64,000 bases of DNA from an uncultured Muribaculaceae bacterium (GCA_964600615.1 CAZRJK010000008.1:32-64031); one strand, 5' to 3'. Numbered from the stretch's first letter, positions 1 through 7,354 are shown. Program-made: numbers and translations. The notes: generated by a model from the sequence alone, not told the origin.

Positions 1-1
1 T

Positions 2-562
2 GGTTTAAAGAAGGAATATGATAAATTAAATAAGAATTTATGTGGTATTCGTGAAATGACTAAGTTACCTCAAGCAGTTATTATTGTTGATTCTATTAAG
101 GAAGAAAATGCTATTAAGGAAGCACATAAGTTAGGTATTCCTGTATTTGGTATTATTGATACTAATTGTGATCCTGATTTAGTAGATTATGTTATTCCTG
201 GTAATGATGATGCTGTTAGAGCTATTAAAGTTGTTTTAGGATCTTTAACTAATGCTATTGTTGAAGTTAATGGTGGTACTATCGTTGATTATGTTACAGA
301 AGATGATAGTAAAAAGAGTGCTAGATTTGAAAAGAAAGAATCTAAGAAGGAAGTAAAGAAAGAAATTAAAGCTACTGAAAAAGTAGAAAAGAAAGTTAAA
401 AAAGAAGAAAAAATTGAAGAGCCAGTAATTGATGATGTCGTTGAAGCTAAGTTAGATTTAAGTATTTTAACTGTAGTTGAATTAAGAGATTTAGCTAAGA
501 AAAAAGGTATCAAAGGTTATTCTAAAATGAAAAAAGATGAATTAATTGAAAGTTTGAAATAG
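2..562 (+). CDS. rpsB: 30S ribosomal protein S2 (5' end outside window) with a long K/E-rich C-terminal tail ending in a Rho_N/SAP-like helix-extended-helix motif
   Basis: Frame is open from nt 2 ([30 protein letters not shown]...[26 protein letters not shown], conserved S2 core). It is followed by tsf as in the canonical rpsB-tsf pair. Confidence 0.93.
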   Translation, partial: GLKKEYDKLNKNLCGIREMTKLPQAVIIVDSIKEENAIKEAHKLGIPVFGIIDTNCDPDLVDYVIPGNDDAVRAIKVVLGSLTNAIVEVNGGTIVDYVTEDDSKKSARFEKKESKKEVKKEIKATEKVEKKVKKEEKIEEPVIDDVVEAKLDLSILTVVELRDLAKKKGIKGYSKMKKDELIESLK

Positions 563-578
563 AAAGTGGGTAATATGT

Positions 579-1451
579 ATGATTAGTGCAAGTATGGTTA
601 AAGAATTAAGAGAATCTACTGGTGCTGGAATGCTTGATTGTAAGAAGGCATTAGAGGCTTGTGATGGTAATTTTGAAGAAGCAGTTAATTGGTTAAGAGA
701 AAAAGGTATTTCTAAAGCACAAAAGAAGGCTTCTAGAATAGCTGCTGAAGGTTTAGCTTATGCTAAAATAGATGGTAATAAAGCAGTTATAGTTGAAGTT
801 AATTCAGAGACTGATTTTGTTGCTAAGAATGAAGAATTTAAAGGATTAGTTACTTTAATTGCTGATACTTTAATTGATAGTGATGCTAAGAGTGTAGAAG
901 ATGCTTTAAAAATAGAAGTAGATGGTAAGAGTATTGAAGATATTATTACAGAAAAAACTGCTACTATTGGAGAAAAAATTACTTTAAGAAGATTTGAAAT
1001 TGTTAATAAAGAAGATTCACAAATATTTGGTACATATTCTCATATGGGTGGTAAGATTGTTACTTTAACTGTTATGGAAGGTGATGATGCTGAACTTGCT
1101 AAGGATATTGCAATGCAAGCTGCAGCTATGAGACCTGAATATTTAGATAAAGATTCTGTTCCTGAAGAAAGAGTTGAAAAGGAAAGAGAAATTCTTACTG
1201 AACAAGCTAATAATGAAGGAAAAGATTCAAATAAGATTCCTATGATAGTAGAAGGAAGAATAAATAAATTTTATGAAGAAGTATGTTTAGTTGATCAAGC
1301 ATTTATTAAAGAGAACAAAATGAAAGTATCTAAATATGTAGAATCTAAAAATAGTAAAATAATTAGTTTTGTTCGTTATGAAGTTGGTGAAGGAATGGAA
1401 AAAAGAGAAGAAAACTTTGCTGATGAAGTAATGAAACAAATTAATGGATAA
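579..1451 (+). CDS. tsf: Elongation factor Ts
   Basis: N-terminal MVKELRESTGAGMLDCKKAL UBA-like motif, EF-Ts core and typical length of 290 aa; position after rpsB. Confidence 0.95.
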   Translation: MISASMVKELRESTGAGMLDCKKALEACDGNFEEAVNWLREKGISKAQKKASRIAAEGLAYAKIDGNKAVIVEVNSETDFVAKNEEFKGLVTLIADTLIDSDAKSVEDALKIEVDGKSIEDIITEKTATIGEKITLRRFEIVNKEDSQIFGTYSHMGGKIVTLTVMEGDDAELAKDIAMQAAAMRPEYLDKDSVPEERVEKEREILTEQANNEGKDSNKIPMIVEGRINKFYEEVCLVDQAFIKENKMKVSKYVESKNSKIISFVRYEVGEGMEKREENFADEVMKQING

Positions 1452-1456
1452 TTAAA

Positions 1457-1480
1457 AGGACGATTAATCGTCTTTTTATT
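1457..1480 (+). terminator. Rho-independent terminator after tsf
   Basis: Stem gacga/tcgtc (extendable by A-U and G-U pairs) with ttaa loop, followed by a T run. Confidence 0.6.
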
Positions 1481-1559
1481 ATATAAAAAATGATGAAACA
1501 ATTAATTTATATATATTTCAATCAACCATTAATATGTTACTTATTAGTTAAAAAACGTC

Positions 1560-1577
1560 TTTTTTTTTTTTTTTTTT
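1560..1577. repeat. Homopolymeric poly(T)18 tract in the promoter region of the 1621 gene
   Basis: 18 consecutive T counted directly (1560-1577). It ends 3 nt upstream of a perfect TATAAT. Confidence 0.95.
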
Positions 1578-1580
1578 CAG

Positions 1581-1586
1581 TATAAT
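1581..1586 (+). promoter_or_regulatory. Candidate -10 box (TATAAT) for the 1621 surface-protein gene
   Basis: Perfect TATAAT 35 nt upstream of the ATG. The -35/spacer region is occupied by the poly(T) tract. Confidence 0.45.
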
Positions 1587-1620
1587 TAAGTTAACATAGA
1601 TTATAGTAGGTAGGTGTAAT

Positions 1621-2814
1621 ATGAAGGATAGTAAGAAAATATTATATATAGTAGTATCTATAATAACTCTAATAATAACAATAACAGGTTCTACCTATGC
1701 ATACTTTGCCTTATCAACAAGTAATAATAATGCTATAACAGGTACAACTGCCGATGTAGGACTTACATTAACAGTAACTAAACTAAAACCCAATACTAAT
1801 ACTACTGATTACTTAGTACCCCAATTAGAAAGTGCTTTAGGAACTGCTATTAATAATACTAATAATTGTAAAGATGCTAATACCAATACAGTATGCCAAG
1901 TATATAAAGCAACACTAACTAATACAGGTACAGCTAATGCTAAACTAAAAGGAACTATAACATTTAATAACGTAAATAATCTTCCTAACTTAAAATGGAA
2001 ATTAATAACAGATGCTACAACACTAGGAAGTAATCCCACTAATAATGCTACATCTTCTAGTTCAACCTTTGTAGCAGAAGCTAATCTAAATCCTAACCAA
2101 TCTATAGATTATTACTTTGTCGTATGGATAAATGAAACAGGATCAGAACAATCAGATAATGGTTCTTATACAGGATCAATTACCTTCACCTCAGCCAATG
2201 GTACAGGAATAACCTCAACAATAGGAGCGGCTTATTCAGGAACCAAGTATACAGTAAACGTTCCAGATGATTGGGATAACTGGACAACATCAAATCTAAA
2301 ATTAGTATGGATAGGTAGTACTATACCAAGTGGAGTAACACAATATGATACACCAGCCCTAGCAATGTCAGCATTTAGTAATAAACCATTCTATTTAAAA
2401 CATACAATAGCAAACGATATAGTAACAGAAAGTTATGTAGAGTTTGTAGTAACACCAGAGATGGCATCAGCCAACTCAGGAATGACTGCCGGAACATACA
2501 CATTAAGAGGAGATAATATGTACGAATATGATGCTAACCAAGATGATTGGGTATGTAAAAGTGAATATGTTGATTCCAATACTGGAGATTGTATGACAAG
2601 TGCTTATTATACAAGCAATGTAAATGTATTAAAACAAGCCTTTGGAGAAAATAGTGGATATTGTACTGGTTTTACTAGTTCTTCCTACGTGAACTGCGAC
2701 GTGTCGGGGCTTAGCACGGGCGCCGATTCGTTTGGCAGCGTGGGCGCACACGATGACTCTGCGAACTGCTACGTGGAGAGTGATGGCGGTTCGTATTGCG
2801 GCAAGGAGGGGTAG
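1621..2814 (+). CDS. Secreted/surface protein with a TasA/camelysin-style (SipW-type) signal-anchor, an S/T/N/G-rich body and a Cys-paired C-terminal region
   Basis: N-terminus is K-rich, then a hydrophobic helix, then GSTYAYF (resembles the GGT(Y/F)AYF SipW-cognate signal motif). SD taggtaggtg lies upstream. The last 42 codons lie in the GC-rich island. Confidence 0.8.
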   Translation: MKDSKKILYIVVSIITLIITITGSTYAYFALSTSNNNAITGTTADVGLTLTVTKLKPNTNTTDYLVPQLESALGTAINNTNNCKDANTNTVCQVYKATLTNTGTANAKLKGTITFNNVNNLPNLKWKLITDATTLGSNPTNNATSSSSTFVAEANLNPNQSIDYYFVVWINETGSEQSDNGSYTGSITFTSANGTGITSTIGAAYSGTKYTVNVPDDWDNWTTSNLKLVWIGSTIPSGVTQYDTPALAMSAFSNKPFYLKHTIANDIVTESYVEFVVTPEMASANSGMTAGTYTLRGDNMYEYDANQDDWVCKSEYVDSNTGDCMTSAYYTSNVNVLKQAFGENSGYCTGFTSSSYVNCDVSGLSTGADSFGSVGAHDDSANCYVESDGGSYCGKEG

Positions 2815-2945
2815 CCCCGCTCTCGTGCTGTTGGGTCACCCAGCGAGGACCGGTGGGTCCATCTAGAAGTCTCAAGTCCTCATCCACTTGACGGAAGTCA
2901 AGTGGTAATGGTGCCGAACGAGTGACTACGAGTGTAGGCACGAGA
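2686..2945 (+). other. Abrupt GC-rich island (~60% G+C by hand count) covering the 3' end of the 1621 CDS plus ~130 nt of structured non-coding sequence
   Basis: 149 G+C in 2691-2940 versus 9/60 in 2941-3000. The coding part lacks Arg/Pro and keeps the Cys pattern, so it is recoded rather than random. The non-coding part contains strong helices. Confidence 0.9.
2884..2905 (+). other. Perfect 9-bp hairpin with GGAA (GNRA-type) tetraloop inside the GC-rich island
   Basis: ccacttgac-GGAA-gtcaagtgg read directly. It is enclosed by an 8-bp helix, tctcgtgc (2821-2828) / gcacgaga (2938-2945). Confidence 0.85.
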
Positions 2946-3160
2946 AAAGATATTACAATTTAAATTATTGCTTTACATAATAATATGTAAAATTATAATT
3001 TGTGATTATTTTATATAAATTTTTAGTTTGGTAATAAAAAGTATACAGAAATTTTTCTTTTGCAGATATATTGTATCTAAATGCTATGGTTTGGGTACTT
3101 TTTGGTATGTTAATTAATGCAGAAATTAAATTTTGGTAATTTGTTTTAATAATAGTTATT

Positions 3161-3194
3161 TGATAATATCACCTTGAGGGAGGTGATATTATCA
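3161..3194 (+). promoter_or_regulatory. Perfect 13-bp inverted repeat (hairpin) spanning the SD and possible non-ATG start of the Rpn-family gene
   Basis: tgataatatcacc (3161-3173) / ggtgatattatca (3182-3194), loop ttgaggga. The SD-like gagggagg overlaps the loop and right arm. Confidence 0.7.
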
Positions 3195-3226
3195 GAACTG
3201 AAATACCAAGTTTATCTTATAATGCT

Positions 3227-4114
3227 ATGTTTAAAGCTGTATTTTCTAATAATAAATATATATTATCTAAATTAGTAGAAGCTATACTTGATTATTATAA
3301 AATAGATTTAGATATTAAAGATAAGGAATTAATTATTAAGAATAATGAATTACCACTTGATAATTATCAAGATAAACAACTAATATGTGATTATATTATT
3401 AAGATTGATAAAAATACTGAAATAAATATAGAAGTTAATAGATCTAAATATATTGGAGTAACTGAAAGAAATTTAACTTATAGTTTTAAAATTTTTTATG
3501 ATCATTTTAAAAGTGGTGATAAATATGATAAGTTTAATAGATATACTTTATTGCAAATAAATTTTAATAATTATAGTAATCCTAATGGTAAAAATATAAA
3601 TAGATATTATATGATTGATATAGATGATATAGAAAATATGTTATCTAATAGTTATAGTTTAATGAATATAGATATTGCAAGTTGTTATAAATTAGTATAT
3701 AATAATGATAATTTGAAAGAAATATCTGATCTAGAGAAATGGTCTGCAATAATTGGTTGTGAATATTTAGAAGATATATCTTTTATATTAGAAAAAGGAT
3801 TGATATCTATGAATAAAGAAGAAAAAGAAAAGTTAATAAAAGAAATTAAAGAAAAAGCAAAAGATAAGGAAATATTAGAAGCTGTTAAATTAGAAAATAC
3901 TATGGAAGATCGCTTTAAAATGATTGAAGATTTGGCATTAGAAACTGGTTTACAGCAAGGAATTGAACAAGGAATTAAGCAAGGAATTGAACAAAAAACT
4001 GTTGAATTAATAATGAATATGATTGTAAACAATATAGATTATGATACTATATCTAAAATAACTTCTAAATCTATTGAAGAAATAAAAGAGATAGAAAAAT
4101 CTATTAAAGATTAA
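3227..4114 (+). CDS. Rpn/YhgA-like PD-(D/E)XK recombination-promoting nuclease (putative transposase family)
   Basis: (LSYNA)MFKAVFSNNKYILSKLVEAIL N-terminal motif, DYIIKIDKNTEINIEVNRS nuclease-core-like motif, and C-terminal GLQQGIEQGIKQGIEQ repeats typical of this family. The frame is open upstream to 3167, so an ATT/ATC start at 3188/3191 after the SD is possible. Confidence 0.75.
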   Translation: MFKAVFSNNKYILSKLVEAILDYYKIDLDIKDKELIIKNNELPLDNYQDKQLICDYIIKIDKNTEINIEVNRSKYIGVTERNLTYSFKIFYDHFKSGDKYDKFNRYTLLQINFNNYSNPNGKNINRYYMIDIDDIENMLSNSYSLMNIDIASCYKLVYNNDNLKEISDLEKWSAIIGCEYLEDISFILEKGLISMNKEEKEKLIKEIKEKAKDKEILEAVKLENTMEDRFKMIEDLALETGLQQGIEQGIKQGIEQKTVELIMNMIVNNIDYDTISKITSKSIEEIKEIEKSIKD

Positions 4115-4192
4115 TTTATCTTTTTTTATTTATGTCTTTAAAAATATTTGATTTTGTTATAAACTATATATTATATGTAAGGAGAGTGAGTT

Positions 4193-7100
4193 ATGATACC
4201 TGTTAAGCCTAAGGATGTTACTTGGACAGATGAACAATGGGAAGTTATATATGAGGATGGTAAAAATATTATTGTATCTGCTGGGGCAGGTTCTGGTAAA
4301 ACTGCTGTTCTTACGGAGAGAGTTATTCGTAAATTGAGAGATGGTGTTCATGTAAATGAATTATTAATTCTTACTTTTACTAAGGCTGCTGCTTCTGAGA
4401 TGGAAGATAGGATTAGGAAAAAAATAAAGAAGATTCCTGAATTAAAGAATGAACTTAATTTACTTAATTCTGCTTATATTACTACTTTTGATAGTTTTGC
4501 TTTATCTGTTGTTAAGAAATATAATTATTTACTTAATGTTAGTGATAATATTTCTATTATTGATAATGGGGTTATTAATATAGAGAAGAATAAGATAATG
4601 GATGAATTGTTTTTAGAGTTATATAAGAGTAAAGATGATAAGTTTCTTAATATGATTAAGTCTTTTTGTGTTAAGGATGATAATGATATTAGGAATTATA
4701 TTATGAATATTAGTGATAAGTTAGATTTGTTATCTAATAAATATGAATATTTAAATAATTATATGGGTAATTATTATTGTGATGAATATGTAGATGATTG
4801 TGTTAATAAATATATATCTATTATAGATAATAAGATTAATTTAATTCGGGATATTGTTACTGATATTAGTTATATTGATAGTGATTTTAGTTCTAAATTA
4901 AATGATAGTTTATTAGTGTTATATAATTATTCTAATTATGATGATTTGGTTACGAGACTTAATGTTAAATTACCTATAGTTCCTAGGGGTAGTAGTGATG
5001 AATTAAAAGAATTAAAGGCTTCTATTAGTGATTGTATTAAAGATATTAAATCTTTATGTTGCTATGATAGTGTTTCTGAGATTAAAGATTATATATATAA
5101 TACTAAGGATATAGTGGAAGTTATTGTTAAGATAATTTTAGAGTTTAGTAAGAGAGTTTATAGTTATAAGAAAAGATATAATAGTTATGAATTTAATGAT
5201 ATTGCTATTATGGCTATTGATGTTGTTAAGAATAATAAAGATGTTAGAGAAGAGTTGTTAAATAATTTTAAAGAGATAATGATTGATGAATATCAGGATA
5301 CTAATGATTTGCAAGAAGAATTTATTTCAATGATTAGTAATCATAATGTATATATGGTTGGTGATATTAAGCAGTCTATTTATAGATTTAGAAATGCTAA
5401 TCCTTATATATTTAAAAATAAATATGATAAATATAGTGTTAGTGATATTGATAGAAAGATAGATTTGAATAAGAATTTTAGGTCTAGAAGTGAAGTAATT
5501 AATAATATTAATACGATGTTTAATTTAATTATGAGTGATAATATAGGGGGAGCTGATTATTTAGCTAGTCATCAGATGATATTTGGAAATAATGCTTATA
5601 ATAAAGAGTCTGTTAAACATTCTAATGATATGGATATATATTGCTATAATTATGATAAGGATAGTATTTATAGTAAGGAAGAGATAGAAGCTTTTATTAT
5701 AGCACGTGATATATTAGATAAATATAATAATAAGTATCAGGTATTTGATAAAGATGAGGGTGTTTTAAGAGATATTAAATATAGTGATTTTTCTATAATA
5801 ATGGATAGATCTAGTAGTTTTGATTTATATAAGAGAGTATTTTCTTATTTTGGTATTCCGGTTAGTATCTTTAAATCTGAAAAGATGAATGATAATGATG
5901 ATGTTAATGTTATTAGGAATTTAATTAGATTTATTATTAAGATTAGAGATAAGGAATATGATGTAGAATTTAGATATTTGTTTATTAGTATTATGAGAAG
6001 TTTTTTATATGATATAGATGATGATGTTATATTTGATTATTTTGTTAATAATAATTTTTATGATAGTAATTTATATAATAAATGTTTAAATATAAGTAAG
6101 AAAATAGATTATATTACTGTTCATGAGCTATTAGATGTTATTGTTAATGAATTTAATTATTATGAGTGTTTAATTACTATAGGTAATATTAATAATAATA
6201 TTATTAAGTTAGATAAGATATATGATTTAATATATAATTTAGAGGGATTAGGATATGATATTAGAGCTTTTTCTTCTTATTTAATGGAAGTTACTAGTAA
6301 TGATTATTCTATGGAATATGATGCTAGTTCTTTAGATAATGATGCGGTTAAGATTATGACTATTCATAAGTCTAAAGGATTAGAATATCCTATATGTTAT
6401 TTTAGTGGTTTATATAAGAAATTTAATATTAGTGATTTAAAAGAAAAGTTTTTATATGATAAAGAGTATGGTATAGTAGTTCCTTATTTTAAAGAAAATA
6501 TGGGGATAGGTGAGACTATATATAAAGATTTAGTTAGAGATAGATATTTAAATGATGAGATAAGTGAGAAGATAAGATTGTTTTATGTGGCTTTAACTAG
6601 AGCTAGAGAAAAGATAATTATGGTTAAACCTTATAGTGATAAGGTTAATGATAATTGTAATTTATCTGATAATATAAAGAGTAATTATAGGTCTTTTGAT
6701 GATATATTAAATTCTATATATTTTAGTATAAAAGATAATTATGTTAATGTAGATATAAATAAATTGGGTTTAACTTATGATTATAAATTAATTAAAGTGG
6801 GTAATTATAAAGATAGTATTGATAAGTGTGATATTAAGTTAGATGTTAAGGAATTAGATATTGATAATGAGATTATTAATTCTAATAAGTTTTCTAAGAA
6901 TGTTAATAAGCTTATTGATAGAGATGAATATAATAATATGTTATTAGGTACTAAGATGCATGAGATATTAGAATTAATAGATTTTAAGAATCCTAATTAT
7001 GATTTAATTGATAATGAGTTTTATAAAGATATTGTGAAAGATTTTTTAAAACAAGATATTGTTAAAGATATAGATAAAGCTAAAATATATAAAGAGTATG

Positions 7101-7327
7101 AATTTATATATGAAGAAGATAATAATAAATATCATGGTATTATTGACTTAATGTTAGAGTATGATAAATATATAGATATTATTGATTATAAGTTAAAGGA
7201 TACTACTGATGATAATTATATTAAACAATTAAATGGATATAAGAATTATATTAAATCTATTAGTAATAAGAAAGTTAATATATATTTATATTCTTTACTA
7301 GATAGAAAAGTAGTTAAGTTAGATTAA
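4193..7327 (+). CDS. addA: ATP-dependent helicase/nuclease subunit A (AddA/RexA-like UvrD-family helicase with C-terminal PD-(D/E)XK nuclease)
   Basis: The N-terminus MIPVKPKDVTWTDEQWEVI...AGAGSGKTAVLTERVI closely parallels Bacillus AddA. It has Walker A, DEYQDT, and the C-terminal GIIDLM...IIDYK nuclease motif. A strong SD aaggagag lies upstream. Confidence 0.85.
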   Translation: MIPVKPKDVTWTDEQWEVIYEDGKNIIVSAGAGSGKTAVLTERVIRKLRDGVHVNELLILTFTKAAASEMEDRIRKKIKKIPELKNELNLLNSAYITTFDSFALSVVKKYNYLLNVSDNISIIDNGVINIEKNKIMDELFLELYKSKDDKFLNMIKSFCVKDDNDIRNYIMNISDKLDLLSNKYEYLNNYMGNYYCDEYVDDCVNKYISIIDNKINLIRDIVTDISYIDSDFSSKLNDSLLVLYNYSNYDDLVTRLNVKLPIVPRGSSDELKELKASISDCIKDIKSLCCYDSVSEIKDYIYNTKDIVEVIVKIILEFSKRVYSYKKRYNSYEFNDIAIMAIDVVKNNKDVREELLNNFKEIMIDEYQDTNDLQEEFISMISNHNVYMVGDIKQSIYRFRNANPYIFKNKYDKYSVSDIDRKIDLNKNFRSRSEVINNINTMFNLIMSDNIGGADYLASHQMIFGNNAYNKESVKHSNDMDIYCYNYDKDSIYSKEEIEAFIIARDILDKYNNKYQVFDKDEGVLRDIKYSDFSIIMDRSSSFDLYKRVFSYFGIPVSIFKSEKMNDNDDVNVIRNLIRFIIKIRDKEYDVEFRYLFISIMRSFLYDIDDDVIFDYFVNNNFYDSNLYNKCLNISKKIDYITVHELLDVIVNEFNYYECLITIGNINNNIIKLDKIYDLIYNLEGLGYDIRAFSSYLMEVTSNDYSMEYDASSLDNDAVKIMTIHKSKGLEYPICYFSGLYKKFNISDLKEKFLYDKEYGIVVPYFKENMGIGETIYKDLVRDRYLNDEISEKIRLFYVALTRAREKIIMVKPYSDKVNDNCNLSDNIKSNYRSFDDILNSIYFSIKDNYVNVDINKLGLTYDYKLIKVGNYKDSIDKCDIKLDVKELDIDNEIINSNKFSKNVNKLIDRDEYNNMLLGTKMHEILELIDFKNPNYDLIDNEFYKDIVKDFLKQDIVKDIDKAKIYKEYEFIYEEDNNKYHGIIDLMLEYDKYIDIIDYKLKDTTDDNYIKQLNGYKNYIKSISNKKVNIYLYSLLDRKVVKLD

Positions 7328-7330
7328 AAA

Positions 7331-7354
7331 AAGATAATGTTTATTATCTTTTTT
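7331..7354. terminator. Bidirectional terminator between addA and the convergent RhuM/Doc gene
   Basis: aagataat-gttt-attatctt hairpin flanked by an A run and a T run. Confidence 0.7.

Noticed and set aside
289-513. Minus-strand 74-aa ORF antisense to rpsB. The same applies to the antisense/shadow ORFs at 1809-2039, 3685-4032, 4157-4351, 12510-12776, 17497-17682, 20710-20931, 31451-31774, 34390-34587, 48222-48413, 51124-51405, 53512-53724, 53928-54206 and 56535-56780.
   Set aside because: - All lie inside or largely overlap well-supported genes on the other strand.
- They have low-complexity S/F/L/I-rich translations and lack an SD.
- In AT-rich K/E-rich genes the antisense frame is often open by chance.
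2711-2941. 76-aa minus-strand ORF inside the GC-rich island (MPTLVVTRSAPLPLDFRQ...)
   Set aside because: - It is Arg/Pro-rich with no SD or start context.
- It is the typical spurious antisense frame of GC-rich DNA.
- The plus-strand frame continues a real protein.
2686-2945. Possibility that the GC-rich island is a known housekeeping RNA (SRP/4.5S RNA, RNase P, tmRNA, an rRNA fragment, or group II intron domain V)
   Set aside because: - SRP: an 11-nt match on the minus strand (ccgtgctaagc) to the Bacillus scRNA Alu region was noticed. However, the SRP helix-8 motif (GGAA tetraloop followed by GGAAGCAGC asymmetric loops) is absent.
- The GGAA hairpin here is a perfect stem.
- There is no RNase P GAGGAAAGUCC, no tmRNA ends, and no domain-V AGC triad or bulge.
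- The identity remains unknown rather than being assigned to one of these.
3940-4000. Short tandem DNA repeat (caaggaattgaacaaggaattaagcaaggaattgaaca)
   Set aside because: - It encodes the QGIEQGIKQGIEQ repeat typical of the C-terminus of this protein family.
- It is not an independent repeat element or CRISPR-like structure.
3227-4114. Annotating the Rpn-family gene as a mobile element/IS
   Set aside because: - No terminal inverted repeats or target duplications flank the gene. The 13-bp inverted repeat at 3161-3194 is a single local hairpin with no partner downstream.
- Rpn/YhgA-like genes are usually domesticated nucleases.
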